A stretch of DNA of 62,201 nt, counting the filler, from Choristocarpus tenellus KU-1152 (Eukaryota; Protista; Phaeophyceae), in assembly GCA_964200185.2 (NCBI GenBank). It is 12 parts of 12 records of this genome, joined end to end, with 100 filler letters (N's around TTAATTAATTAA, not from the genome) between each part and the next. Parts side by side here need not be neighbours in the genome. Positions count along the whole stretch, not along the records: positions 33,341 to 40,426 come from CAXNAD020006731.1; positions 40,527 to 47,852 come from CAXNAD020006329.1; positions 47,953 to 50,643 come from CAXNAD020025619.1; positions 50,744 to 56,094 come from CAXNAD020011063.1; 8 more parts are not named here. One strand, given 5' to 3'. How positions within the stretch are numbered: the first letter of the stretch is position 1; the number at the start of each line of letters is the position of its first letter. Under the pieces are notes generated by a model. That model was not told the DNA's origin. It searched no databases and saw only the letters and a list, made by a program, of their open reading frames with translations. A program made the translations under genes and the position numbers. This document shows positions 38,449-54,000 of the stretch, piece after piece.

Positions 38449-41009
38449 CTATGCCTTTCTTCTTGCTTCTGAAGTTGCTCTATCTATGTATCTCTTGACA
38501 ACGAGGTAATTAATTGTCTTTGACGAAAATGTAGAGTGTAGAGAGAGCCAGTGTGGAAAGCCAGTTTGAGTATATCGAGAAAAGTTTTAGTTTGACCAAT
38601 AAATTAGAGGTTCTAAGACATGTCCATCTTCCACCACAGTTCTACTATGGTATCATGATTCCATTCTTCTATGGTTCAAGGGAAAAGTAGTCTTTTCCTA
38701 ACTGTTTTTTGGCATTTGGACGAGGAACTGTTGTTTTATAGTGTTCTCACATTTATGATATTTTATTTCCTTTGGGCTTATATTGATATATGTATAGTTT
38801 TCATTTGTTTTTCGCTTGACAAATCTGCAAAATGTCAGAGGGCATAATATATATTTGGAGGAACAACAGCGAGTGTGTTTGAAGGAGGTAACACACCGGA
38901 AAACACGTAACGGAAAACACTTAGAAAATTGTATGGTACGAAAAGGTTTAATCAGTAACACAGTTTCGCATTTCACACTGACGAACGGTTGAGCGTGGAA
39001 ACCGCCACATCTACAAGAAGACATCATCATCACATACAACTGTTTGCCGTTGTTTCCTCAAGCGAAGCTCTACTCAAGTCAACCGTCTTCTCTTCTTCCA
39101 TTATTTGTTGCTTGTACTACTCTTCTTCTCTATCAAACTATCCTGCGTTTTACTATTACCATCATGTATGTATGTAAGGATGGTCATTTTAATATAAACC
39201 TTGGTGTCCTTAATACTGATTCATCCATGAAAAAATGCGCACTTTTGCTATTTCAGTCCAAAAACAGTGAAGTATGGTCCGAAATGCTCTCTCCCTAGAA
39301 TAAAAAATAGAACCTACCCTGTTTTTGAACTGCAAATCGAAGGAATTGTGGCGCAACTTATCGTGGGGTCTACCGTTAAATAAATATACTCCTAGAATAT
39401 ATGTTGCGAGCCAATAGAATTTGTTGTTTAGGAGTAATAGTGTAGGAATGTTTCGATTCAAACTGCGTTGAACTGTTTACGCACAAAACGAAAAAGTCCC
39501 ACCCTTGAATGGAGACGCCCCATTGTGTATTATTTGTCTTCCACAATTTCCTCCTCTTTTTCTCATCTCTAGACGGATGTTCTCATTTGGTATTTGAGAC
39601 GGACTACTACTATTGCTCATATCTTATCGAAGAACATGTTTCTGAGGGATTGACTTTGAAGAGTGAAGGTGGATTCATCATGATTTCATAATGTCTCTTC
39701 TATTATTATTGTAACATGGTAATTAGCATTGTTGAGATGTCACAAAAGGAGAGAGAAGGTACATACATACATACGTACATACGTACATACGTACATACAT
39801 ACAAGAGAACACAAAGGCAACACCACAACCAACACAGATCTGTATTGGTTTCAACTTTACGATGGTAATAAAATCACACCAACAAAGATTCTGGATACAA
39901 CAGCCTACTTCTAGACTACACGCACATTAAGAATACCAAGTCTAAATAAAGAAAATATCAACTGGTGCTGGGACTAGATTTCTCTAGTCTTCAGGTGACA
40001 GCTACTTCGTTGGCTTCCTCCCATGCACTAATCTTCATCCTAATGCTACGGAGGGAAACAAGTACCTAGACATTGTCTGGATCTAGTCTGTTCTTGCTGA
40101 GTATGGCAATATTTACAATGATGAAAACATTCGCCCTGAGTGAGCGTGAGAAGCAGAAAAGAGAAAAGCACATAGCGCAAGGTTGCCAAAGCGTAGAAAG
40201 GATAAAGTCATTTTTCCCACCATTGAGGTAAGTTAGTCAAGCAATGTATCTTACCACCCACGTCAAGATACGACTCCATATTGAAGGAGGACACGTTCAT
40301 GCTGACCATTCCACATGTTCCCTTATAGAAAATTGCTCCACCTCTTCTACTAGCAGTCCTTGAACTCCCGCCACTGTATCCAAGGCGACCTCTCTGACTG
40401 ACCCAAAGTATCTGGGAGGGGGGGAGNNNNNNNNNNNNNNNNNNNNNNNNNNNNNNNNNNNNNNNNNNNNTTAATTAATTAANNNNNNNNNNNNNNNNNN
40501 NNNNNNNNNNNNNNNNNNNNNNNNNNTTAAATGTGGGGGGGTGGAAAGAGGGAAAAAAGGAGGGTGAAAATTGGAGATTATTTTGGTGGGGGGGGGGGGA
40601 GAGTGCATCCAAACAGGGGTTATGGGATAAAGGGCGAGCGTGAAAAGAGTATTTGTGTACTCTGGAAGTACTCGTGTGTTTATTTTTACTTATCATGTGT
40701 AGGCTGTCCTGCCGCATTTGGCTCCCAACTATTACACAGGGAAGAGTCAAGATGAGGTTTTGAGGGGTATACAAGTGAGGGAGATTGCCGACTGAATGCA
40801 TTCTGTTGCCTGTGAGATGCAGGGCATTCTATTGATGCGTGATCTTGCCCTGCACACCTTGGCGTTTACCTCTCAATCTTGACATGACTCAGCACATTCC
40901 ACTACTAATGGGGCCTGCGATACATCAGACCATGTCTTGGGCAAATGAATGCATGATCTACCTGTACATGTTGAACAGATCTATTTGTTATCTAGCATAG
41001 GGGACATGG

Positions 41010-41271
41010 CAGTGAAAGTATCTTAGAGGGTACCGTTTTTTCCCTTCTTGTCCGTTTGCGGCTTGGCTTCCCACGAGTTTTTTTATCACAAATTCCTAAT
41101 CCGAAACATTTTGGAGTAGGTAGAATGTGTACGTTATGAAAAAAAGGTGTGTTCGGAACAGTGTTTTTTACACTTCCTAACAAACACAATAGCCAAAATT
41201 ACATCAAAATCGCAACGTAGGATTTCGACCCCCAAACGGACGCGGCTCTACCCTCTAAGATACTTTGACTC
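41010..41271. mobile_element. MITE family A1
   Basis: TIRs present, TSD ATGG/ATCG (3 of 4 match). Confidence 0.92.
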
Positions 41272-41469
41272 ATCGGAAAGATGCGAAGAATTTGCCCTAG
41301 TTCTACTGTTGATAGTAGTTCTGAAGTGTATTATGTGTCGTTTATCTTGCCACATTCAACTCCATTGTGAACCGCTCCGTAAATTCTACGGGTGACTTTT
41401 GCTCAGTTCTATGGGACTACGCATGTTCTGTTTGCCTATCCTTCTTGAGCAGGGGTTTTCATTTTCCAG

Positions 41470-42333
41470 CTTGAGCGGCAGTGAAGCAAATGAAGGGGAG
41501 ACCGCAGCCTTCCTGAGCCAGGTGGACAGGAGGGTGAACCAATATACTCTCGCCAGCCATCTCACATGGGGACTCTGGGCAGTAATCCAAGCACGCACCT
41601 CAGAGATAGAGGTAACCATGAGCAAGCCTTAGATATGAGTTGAACCAACTGAGATTTAGGCAGCAGGGTTGCATTTTACGGATGCCGAGAAAGGGCAAGA
41701 AAATGTCATTTTATGTATTTGCAGAGATCATCTTTGCTTAATCACGATATTACCTTGTGTATGGAAAGGGGGAATGATCAATTTTGCGTACTCTACTTGT
41801 GCACAAATGGAGCAATGATATTAAAGTGCGCTGAAAAAGGTAAGAAGGAAGAAGGATGGCTTAGAATGTTAAAGGGTTCGATCCTGCCTACCTCCCAATT
41901 GTTTTGGCTCATATCTCCTATGTGACCCCCTTGCCGATATCAGTGGGAGCTGTGGGTTGAAACTCGAAAACATAATGTACATAGATACGGCACGGAGATG
42001 TATTAGTGCCCTGCCCCTGTCCACCCACTACTTTTAGCCAAGTGATGTGAAGTATACAAGAAACTGAGTGAACTGCAACCTTTTGAAACACCTCAAGTCA
42101 GGGAGAACATATAAACCAACTGCACATTGATGAAGATACAAACACAGGTACACACACAGATAGTCACATGCCTCAAGGTCTCCTTTGTTCCTTAACACAC
42201 TTTCGTACTCTGTTCTGACATTAATATTCAACTCCCGTTGCAGGGTTTCAACTTTGCGGACTATGCTGCAAACCGCTTTGCAGGCTATTTCTTCCACAAG
42301 GGAGAATTCTTCCCGTCCTCTTCCATCGTATAG
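41470..42333 (+). CDS. Choline/ethanolamine kinase, last two exons
   Basis: 41470-41611 (..YTLASHLTWGLWAVIQARTSEIE) joins 42244-42333 (GFNFADYAANRFAGYFFHK..*). This is the family C-terminal signature SH..WGLWA..Q...S.I.F.F..YA..R. Confidence 0.9.
41637..41910. mobile_element. MITE family D inside the kinase intron
   Basis: gagttgaaccaactgaga..cctgcctacctcccaattgttttggctc, 4-bp TSD ATAT. Confidence 0.8.
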
Positions 42334-43379
42334 AGATAGAGATAAGGTTAGTTACTGCACACAGTAGGAATCGAACCACAGTAGATTGAGAACATTGATC
42401 GATACTCAAGCTTGCCTTGCTAAGCAAGTTTCGTCGGGCTGTGTTTGAGTTACAATGTACACGGTACTAGTAGTTAACGTCAAGCAAGCACACACAGAGT
42501 GCTACTGTCTCTGCTTTATTGAAAGGACAATAGTACAAAGCAAAATAGTTACTCCAGTAGTACATTGTTGTACTTTCCCAATGCGTTAGGTGAACATGCG
42601 CGGAAGCACTGGGATGTACAGTATCTATAGTGGATGTGTTGTAGAGGTTGAGGTAGATCGCATGTTATGACTATGTGGTACTGCAGATAAATATAAAAAC
42701 TTTTAGATCCTATTAGAATTCACTAAGAGAGGGGGTTCGTGTAGCCCAATAATCTTGTTTCCTAGTATGTCCCTGTTCTATGTCCATTGCAAGGATTTGC
42801 GATGCCAAGAATTAATGTTTTTCCTCATGTACAGGAAGCTCTTTATCTTCTGTGCGCATTTATCTTGGACTACCGCGCATTACTTCGTGGAGAGGTAGGT
42901 GGTGAGCAGGTCCGAGTGAGTGATGCCAATATCGGGCATGTATGATACCCGCTTACGTGAAAGTGCACCCTGTTGACAGATTCGTCACCTTTGTATACAT
43001 TTCATTGATTCAAATAGTGTTTTGTCGTACAATTACTCAGAGGGGTGCAGGTGCGACTGCACCGAAGTATCCCCTGCCCATCCATGCACCTAACCACTAG
43101 TATAGACAGTCCTTGGTCATTCATCATAACCTGTGGAAAACCAGCACTGTACACAGCAGAATAGTCAGCCTTGATAATGTGCAGGTGCGGCTGCGAGGGG
43201 AAGGCCTGCAAAGCATGCTCAAACCTTGCTTTCAAGTCTAGGGTCACTGCAATCCTTGAATGTGCAAACTAGCTCACAGAAGAGGCAAAAAACCCGAAGT
43301 GCCTCCCACAGTGTCAGCTAACCCACGCCCAGGTGGTGACTCAACTTGATCAACACCTCGCCAAGTTAGTAATGTTTGC

Positions 43380-43939
43380 CTGCAATCGTTGAATATAGAC
43401 AACATGTTGCATGGTATCATAGGAGGAAGCATGGATCCTGAGGTTGGGTGAAATATGGTGCACATGGGTATATATAGAGGGTATGTGTGGTGTGTATCAT
43501 GTCCACTGTGGAGCATCGGGGCAGGGAACCACACTTTTCGTCATGGAGGATGTTCTCCCGTTCTAGCTAATCTTCCAGCAGTCAAGCAATAGCCTATAGA
43601 TATTATACTTTGCCTAGCATGTGTCACTGAGGAGATGCCCCTGTTGTTACCACAACCTATCTGATCCTTCTTGTGGAGCACTTTGATGACTGCATCCTTC
43701 TAAACACGTGGTACATCTTCCTGGTCTCACGCAACCAACACAATAATGTGGAAATCCGAGAGGATAGGCCTGTCCTGCTTTTGGCCAAGCTTCAGGATCT
43801 CAGCTGGAAGACTGTCTGGACCCACGACCTTCCCATTTTCCATTGTCCGTAGTGCCTCAGTCACTTCCACCAGTGTTAGTGCATTTGTGAGTGCCAAGGA
43901 TGTGGGTCCAGACAGTCTTTCAGCTGAGATCCTGAAGCT
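43380..43939 (-). mobile_element. Degenerate RTE-clade LINE reverse transcriptase fragment
   Basis: EVTEALRTMENGKVVGPDSLPAEILKLG..VPRV*KDAVIKVLHKKDQIGCGNNRGISSV..ENILHDEKCGSLPRCSTVDM, with Trp codons mutated to stops. Confidence 0.9.
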
Positions 43940-45479
43940 ATGATCATGATTTCGGAATTTCGGACCAATTTCTCCTCTATTCTTAGTTCTCAATTTTTCC
44001 CTGTCCCTTGGGGTATTTAGCGGTCCTTTGGAAATGTTGCACTCCACAAAAAGTGTTTTTGTGCGCAGAACCTTCTTCCTGGTACACGCATGTGCTTCCT
44101 CCTCTGCTGACCTTGCATCTGCTGCGCAACACAGGTTGATGGGCATATTTGCATGGTCTTTATTTCCATTCCTGTACGGGTTCCAGGAATTTAGCTTGAC
44201 CTTGGTCACTTGCACACCATCTTCCTGCCTTCCGTGTATGAGGTGGCAGTATTGCTGAGGGAGGTTCAAGCAAATGGGCTGATAGATTACATGTTGACAT
44301 GGCGGGGTAAATTTGCCGTACCTATGATCAGCACTGCCTCTACTGTGAGGTTTTCTTCAGCAACCACACTCGCCAGTTCAGATTTTAAGGGGCAACTAGA
44401 CATAAGGATTTTTCGGTTGATAATATTCGCCTCTTTCCACCTATGTGTATCTTATTGTGGGAGTCAAATTATTTTGGAGACATTCATATATCGATAATAT
44501 GGTGAAGTATATGACTGTTAATTGTGATGTCCTGTTGGCTGCGTTTGCTAAATTTGACATTGCTATTAGTGCCCACTCTAGGGATGAATGCTCACTCCTT
44601 TCTTCATCATACTCCGAAAACAACAGCTTCTTTCGCAGTATAGCAGATAAAGAGTTCACCTCTAACCTAGCCATCTCCAAGTATCTTCCTTCCCCCAAGA
44701 GAGTAGCCGCAAAAAGATGTAAGAGGAGGAGCAATAGGGAGTTGAATTAATGCTTGATTGAGTGCATACTGTGGGGACCAATTTATGTTGGCGATATGGG
44801 CATTGCATGCAAGGTCAAACAAAGTTTGACCAGCATGATGATAGTGATTGTGAATACCGTGGCCAAGTCAGTTGATCTGACATGTCCGACTAAAACATGG
44901 AGACAACGTGTCTTTGGCCTTTTGATAGGGCTTCAGACATTATTGCAGATCCAGGCGTTGGGTCAGAACTTCACAAGCAGACTGACGAGTTTATTTACCT
45001 TCAAGCCATCATTAGTGATGAAGCTGATGACATTGCTAAGATCAGCCGAAGGATCTAAAACCTTTGAGCCGCTTCCAGAAATATGGCCAAGTGCTCTCTA
45101 TGACAGTACCTCAGAGGTACCATTTTCTTAGGCCTTGAAGTATTTGAGGTTCTGTTATATAGTTGAATGGCATGGAGACTCTGCCAGTTACAATAGATGA
45201 AGGTTTCTCTGATACTACGAATTCCTTCTACGTTGCATCGGATTTCACAAACGGGAGCGTACCAATCACATACGGTCCTGCAAAGATGCTGTTATCAAGA
45301 CTGGCTGCAAGAATAATATTGAGACACCAATTGTGCGAAAATGGAGACTCCTATTTCAAGGGTTAGTCGCTTGCATGGGGAATGCGTGACTTCTCAAGGA
45401 GTTGATGTTGGGAAACTTACAGGTAGAAGATGGAAGAAAGGTGGACAGGAGAAGAACCAGTGGATGAGCCTGTAAGACA

Positions 45480-45989
45480 GAGTCAAAGTAAGCGAGAGGT
45501 ACCCAGAGTTGCATTTTAAGCTTGCTGAAAACTACCTCCAAATTTCGGGTTTTTTTACTGATGTTTACAGGATATTTACTGAGTAAGTCAAAGTATCTTA
45601 GAGGGTAGAGTCGCGTCCGTTTGAGGGCCAAAATCAAATGTAGCGCTTTTGATGTAATTTTGGCTACGGGTTGTTAGGAAGTGTCTTGTTCTGGATACAC
45701 CTTTTCATAAACATACACATTTTACCTACTCTGAAACATTTTGGAGTAGGAAGATGTAATAAAAAACCCGTGGGAAGCCAAGCCCTAAACGAACAAAGAG
45801 GGCAAAACTCGTACCCTCTAAGATACTTTCACTCAAATTTGTCAAAAAGTCTCAAAGAACAGAGAAATTAACGGTCTTAAGTCAAACTCAGCACTTCATC
45901 CATAGAAATATGGTGAATTACAAAAGATTGAAAAACTGACTTACAATGAAAACGGCAAAAACCTGGGTACCTCTCGCTTACTTTGGCTC
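45480..45989. mobile_element. MITE family B containing a nested family A1 copy
   Basis: TIRs gagtcaaagtaagcgagaggtacccag / ctgggtacctctcgcttactttggctc, 3-bp TSD ACA. Confidence 0.92.
45585..45834. mobile_element. MITE family A1, reverse, nested in family B
   Basis: aagtcaaagtatcttagagggta..taccctctaagatactttcactc. Confidence 0.92.
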
Positions 45990-46393
45990 ACAACCTTGAG
46001 AAATTTGGTATCATGGTTGGTGCGTGGAGCACCTGGGCAACCATCAAACAACACAGATGGTGTGAGTGTGTGGTTGATGGTTTACTGAGCTTCATGACCT
46101 AGTGTTATATAAAGGAAAATGTGAAAATGATGCACGTCTTGCTAAGCAGCACGTAAGGCAGCCCATCAATCAACACCATCACCACAACTGTCTGCTTAAT
46201 GCTCCTTTCACATCTTTGTATTTCTCTTTTCTGGGTTGAAATTTCTTGCCTTCTTCTTTTCAATCTCCCCTAAGTCTCCTTTGTATGACATGTGAAGAGT
46301 GATTTTTTTGGCTTTGATGGACCTAGTATGTCTCAAGTTTGTGGGTGTCAGTTTGTTCTGTTCGTTAAACCATTCCTTGAAAATAGGCACACT

Positions 46394-46648
46394 GAGTCAA
46401 ATCGACAGGTAGGCAACGTTGCATTGTATGGATCCCAAGAAAGGGCAAAAATATGCAGTTTCGTACAATTGCAAAAAATGCTTTTGTTGAATTGTGGTGT
46501 CAGTTTGTGTGTTGAACGGGGAATACCATTTGTGCATACTGTGTTGTGCACATAAAGCAATGCAAAAGAGTGTAATAGACAGGGCAAGAAAGACGGTTTA
46601 GAATGCAAAAAGGGTCCAAGCCTGCCGACCTCTCAATTGGTTTGGGTC
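46394..46648. mobile_element. MITE family D
   Basis: gagtcaaatcgacaggtaggca..tgccgacctctcaattggtttgggtc, 3-bp TSD ACT. Confidence 0.85.
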
Positions 46649-47509
46649 ACTGGTTTTCGGAGATGTTCAATACATACCTCAGACCACCCTTCTTACATAC
46701 ATAGGCGTAATTTTGACATATTGGGTTAGATCTTTTGTATGCGTAATTTCATCCAGACCCGCGAGGATCAGGTATTTCCTGTGTGCACTTGGCCTTAATT
46801 AGGCCAGAAAAGAACAAAAGCAGGGAGGGATCTATCCCTACCTTGGGAGTTGTTCCAACGTATATAGTACGTCAATAATCGTCTTAAACTTGCACTGGCT
46901 TTTCTCAAGTCTTACTTTTGGTGGTGCTCAACAATTTATATCCTACTATGGGCTCTATTTCCACTATTCTTAATTCTCTTCTTTCTTCTTACACAGGTTT
47001 CCTCTCTTGTGGGATCTATCATACTAATGTGAAAAATAATAATGATCATAGAGATATCAAAAATGGATTTGGTTTGGGGGTTACTATAACCGCACACTTA
47101 AAAAAGAGTGCACAAAAAACGAAAACAGTGTTTCTTTTTACCCAAAATTGCTTCCTTATGGAATAAAACGTAAATGATGATTGCAAAGGCGACAAGATCT
47201 TCTGGTGGTGACCTGTCAATGCTTTATTGTTGCATATACAGTGTGCGCCAAAAGTAGAAGACCACCCGTAAGTCGTAGAAAAAGCAAGGAGAACTAAATT
47301 ATAAACATGTATCTTTTTATCCAATCGAATTCATTCTACCTCTTGCCTCTCTCTGCTTGGCTGGAGATCTTCTATAACCGTCAAAGGTGAGTAGGTACAA
47401 AACGCGTCGTGAAAAGGTTGCGACAAAAATATAAGACCAGATGAGAAAGATGGTGATAAGGTGCTAGTTACTAAGATGTTTTAGCTCCTTTTCTTTCAAT
47501 TACTTGGAT

Positions 47510-47852
47510 ACAACGTTTGGTCATGGATGAGACCAGTTTTTCCATAGTTTCAACCTCAATGTCGTCTCAATCTTTCTTCGCACACTCCATCAGCTCGAAG
47601 CATGATGAGTACTGTTTTCCATGGGCATAAACTTTGCGAGCCATGATCCCCCAGAGGTTCTCTATTGGATTGAGATCGGGGGATTTCAATGGCCACTCCA
47701 GTACATGGATATCATGCTCATGGAACCATTCTTTCGTCACCTTGGAGACGTGGATGGGTGCATTGTCCTGCTGTAGAATGCATTCACCACCATAAGTACG
47801 ATGGGAAAAGGGCAGAAAGTACTCCGAGAGTGTCCATGTATACGCCTCCGAA
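47510..47852 (-). mobile_element. Tc1-type DD34E transposase C-terminal remnant
   Basis: LQQDNAPIHVSKVTKEWFHEHDIHVLEWPLKSPDLNPIENLWGIM has 34 residues between D and E. It has a downstream stop and is cut by the contig end. Confidence 0.93.
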
Positions 47853-48145
47853 NNNNNNNNNNNNNNNNNNNNNNNNNNNNNNNNNNNNNNNNNNNNTTAA
47901 TTAATTAANNNNNNNNNNNNNNNNNNNNNNNNNNNNNNNNNNNNNNNNNNNNTGTGCAGATGATTGAACGACGGGTGGAACCAGAGCCCCCCCCCCCCTC
48001 CCAGATACTTTGGGTCTCAACTATATGATTCCCCAATACCTACAAGTCGATCTTGTCGAACTCTTGGAGACGATCTTCGGTGCCCACGTTTCGATTTTTC
48101 CCCACACCGCCCCCCCTCATGCCACCCCTGTCCCTTGCACCACAG

Positions 48146-50386
<2,241 letters not shown>

Positions 50387-52399
50387 TGACGTCCCTCTTG
50401 TGCTATTTTGCTCCCAGTGAGATGTGTGCGTGCGCATGTTTGCTGTATTTGTGCTTAACTCTAGTAGTCTTTTGGGAACCGCCAACCTTTTCTTCTTCTT
50501 TTTCCTGTGGAGGTGGGGTTGTGGAGATCAATCTGGCGTATGTTTTTCAAATCGTTGGTGTTGAAGGTGCCGAAACTAAAAAAAAAAAATGGTGGAGGGA
50601 GGGTGGAGGATGTACCCCATCAGCTGCATGAGTCACACCGTACNNNNNNNNNNNNNNNNNNNNNNNNNNNNNNNNNNNNNNNNNNNNTTAATTAATTAAN
50701 NNNNNNNNNNNNNNNNNNNNNNNNNNNNNNNNNNNNNNNNNNNCGATCAGTGACAGTCTCCAAGTTGACCAGGTCTCCAATGACCTTCCTGTCGCCCCTG
50801 TCCAGACACCAAGTTCCTTCAGGTCAGTCTCCATACTACTTAGGCTCATAACCTGTGCAAATTACCTTTGGAGGTAATGCTATTTCTCAGTAGTGAAGAT
50901 AAGAGGATGGTTGAAATTCGAAGAGTAACCTTTTTTGGGGTCTCTTCTCATTGCTTGTTTTATTATTATTTGTGCTTCCTACAGAAGTCAACAATTAAAT
51001 CAAAGTAGTGAATTCAAGTCAACAAAACCTATACATCTTCCATTCATAATTCTGATGTACTTTCTCATTAGTTACACCACATTGACTTAATCAAAATGGC
51101 TATCTCTCATACACAAAATAAGGCACACCTCACCATTGTCCTATTTTGAACAGGATGGATATCGAGAAGCGATCTAGAACAAAGTTTACTAGAATCCAAT
51201 ATGAATAAGGTGAGGAGAAAGTCAGGGTCCAAAAAATAAATGGGATAGACTTCCCACAAGACAAAATCAAAACTATTGCTAAAGTATGGCACACCTCAGT
51301 CGAGCACTGCCCTATACAGCTCCATTGTGACCACAGTCTTGTTCAATGGTTAAAACATAAACTACTCACTCGATTTGTCCATTGTAATCGTCACCACTTT
51401 CACTTACTTCATTAGCTCCTCCTCATCACAATGCCATCAATCACATTCAAAACACTACATAAAAACCAGAAGGACAATCCCTTCTCATCACACATACAAA
51501 CATACTATGTGACATCAGTTTTTAAGATATTGATTCAAGTTCGTGTTCTTGTTTCTTCTTTGTTTTCCATTTCTTCTTCACACAAGAATTGTCAGTTTTA
51601 TATTATGTGTTGATTATTATTCTTGTTGACTGGAATTGGTCCATCATAACTCATCTTCCTTACTCTGTACTACAATACACAGCGAACCAGAGTTTTAGAA
51701 ATCCTCAGAAACCTTCTCAGACAAGGTAACAAGCCTCTCCACAGGGCATGCATTTCATTTGATCGCCTCAATGAATACCCACACTTTCACATCAACCAAT
51801 CATCTGGTAGAGCAAAGCATGTTGTTAGATCTACCAGAACAAACTTACTGGTGCTTTGTTGCACTCTAATACCCTTCGCCAAAGGTAGCTACAGCACAAC
51901 CAAGCATAACACGTACGAACCCAAGTTTCAACAGGTTGTGAGCCTCACACAATTCCCTTTCGCGAAACGTGAACAATCGGATCCACACCAGGGAGGGAGA
52001 GCTCCAACGTTGCTGGGAGGTAGGGGGTCAAGTATGGCCGTTGGTACATCAGCATCACAAAGATAGCCACCAGGGCCCTCAGAGGTTCTGGTGCCTGCAG
52101 GGCAAGGAGGAGAAGTTCGTGCGGCTCTTCCTGTTCCCCTTCAATTTGGAGAACCTCTCTGTTTCCATCTGTTTCACACTGTTATACTAATAATTAATAT
52201 TATTAGTATTATTATTGGAATTATGGTTTCTGACATTTTGAAGATGTGTTAGGGTAAGAACCAATGAAAACTCGAAAAAAGTAACAGTGGTCATAAATGC
52301 GAAAAATATAAATCTATTTAACGATTTTCCTACCAGCTATGTTGTACCACTGCCTTCCTGTGCCTCCAACCTACCTTAGTCCTGCGCCTCAGGGTGAGG

Positions 52400-54000
52400 A
52401 CCTAGGGAAGTATCCCAAGAATCTTGCCCATCTCCCTGGTGCTCCAGCTTAAAACGCATGACACGTCTAGGCAGGCCCCCTTGCGTTGTAACAGAAACTA
52501 TTTGTCGTGGGCGGGATTTGATCATCCCTTTCCTGCGGTAGCCTCCTGTCCCTCTCCCCCCTACCACGTGTGTAGCTAGCTCATCCAGGAAACCTTCCGC
52601 TTACTTTCCGAGGCACCCAAATCTTTTCATCGTGAAGGTGTTGAGGTTATAACTACGAGGATCAAAAGAGCCCTCAAGTGGGTGCGCTTTTGCGCCTGAG
52701 CTTGCAGCAGCAGTTACACCATTGCTGGTGGATGAGTGTGGCAGGTGAGATGCTGCCAGCACTTCAGAAAACGTAAGGAGGGGGCCCTTGTCTCGGTAGT
52801 GAGCTGATCCAGCATCTGGAATGCACCAGCATGGAAGATTAGATCCATACAGAAATTCTTATCCACAGTAAATGGGCTGCCGTCCTCCATGGTGCAAGAG
52901 ATGCCCATTCCTTTTGCAAAGTTGCCCCAGACGCTTCACCATTGGCGTGTGTTGGTGAACTTGCCCTCCTGCCCTAGGGCAGGTACGGGCATGCCTGGCG
53001 TATCTGCATTATCTCCTGCAACCAGTCATTGAGCACCTGTTTGATAGGACCTCCTCTCTCCCCAGGGATCTTGTTCATTTAAACTCGACGGGGGGATCTG
53101 GCATGCCGACTCCAGGGGTTGTGTTGAGGCCCATGCATTTGCCCCTTGTCCACATTGGCTCCGTTAGTGTGCCAGGGCTAGCAAGGAACTTTCCTTACCT
53201 TGCTCCACTTCATTGGGTAAGGCGACCAGTTGTGTCAAGAAGGAGTCGAAGCGGATCCTGTTTAGGAGGCAGGTGATCTCGTGTTGTGCCCTCCTTGTAA
53301 TCCTGTCATCGTGAGCTGCCAGATTGTGGACCTCTGGGGCCGGTCTGGGGGATGTTGTCCCCCCCCAGGTTACTCAGCCTTCGCCAATAATTTCCACTAG
53401 GTCTTATGAGGGGACTCCTGTAGATGGAAGGGTGTGGATGGATGATCCCAGGGTCCGTAATGCGGGGCTCGCACAGATGGCTTGTGAAAAGGACTTGCCA
53501 TGAGGCCCTTGCTGCCTTGCTAGGAGGGTGGGGCGAATGACCACTAGTAATCCTACAAGGCTGTATGTTGGTGTTACTTCATAGAGGGGAGGCCCAACCC
53601 CTCTGCACTTGTGGGCATCTGTGCCTGTACTTGTTGGTGCGGCTCTAGGCGGAGAGACTCATTGTCACACACCCCTTCAAAGAAGTCCGTCGCCCCTGCT
53701 GTGTCTGCTACCTCCATTGTATTCTCAATCGTCTATCACGAGGTGTTGTCTGCTTGCTCCATGGTGGAGCGTGCCGAGTGAGGGGGAGTGACCATAGCCA
53801 GATAGCCTAGGCAGGAGGAGAGGGACCAGGAGTTGAGGAGCTAGGCCACTTGTTTGTCCTCCATCTCACTGAGTTGTGTGACCAAAGTTCGTGACCCAGA
53901 GGCCTCGATTACCTCATTCATGTGGGCTTGGATGAATCCATCTGTTCCCACAGGACCTTCCAATGTAACAAATTACTATTGGTTTTGTTCTCCCATGGTA
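52400..54000 (-). mobile_element. Degenerate non-LTR retrotransposon with restriction-like endonuclease (CRE-like)
   Basis: Decayed motifs LEGPVGTDGFI (RT end, like LG.P.G...F), MDLIFHAGAF, and SYNLNTFTMKRFGCLGK*A (like F.P...E.FG.LG..A). Many stops and frameshifts. Confidence 0.5.

Noticed and set aside
40103-40227. Candidate first coding exon (MAIFTMMKTF.., donor gtaagt)
   Set aside because: Short, no homology, and the contig ends before it can be tested.
42355-42400. tRNA or SINE from a GGTTCGATTCC B-box match (also near 25355)
   Set aside because: No A-box or cloverleaf can be built.
47510-47852. Tc1 transposase as the mobiliser of the MITE clan
   Set aside because: Tc1 elements duplicate TA, whereas the clan has variable 3-4 bp TSDs and G-initiated termini.
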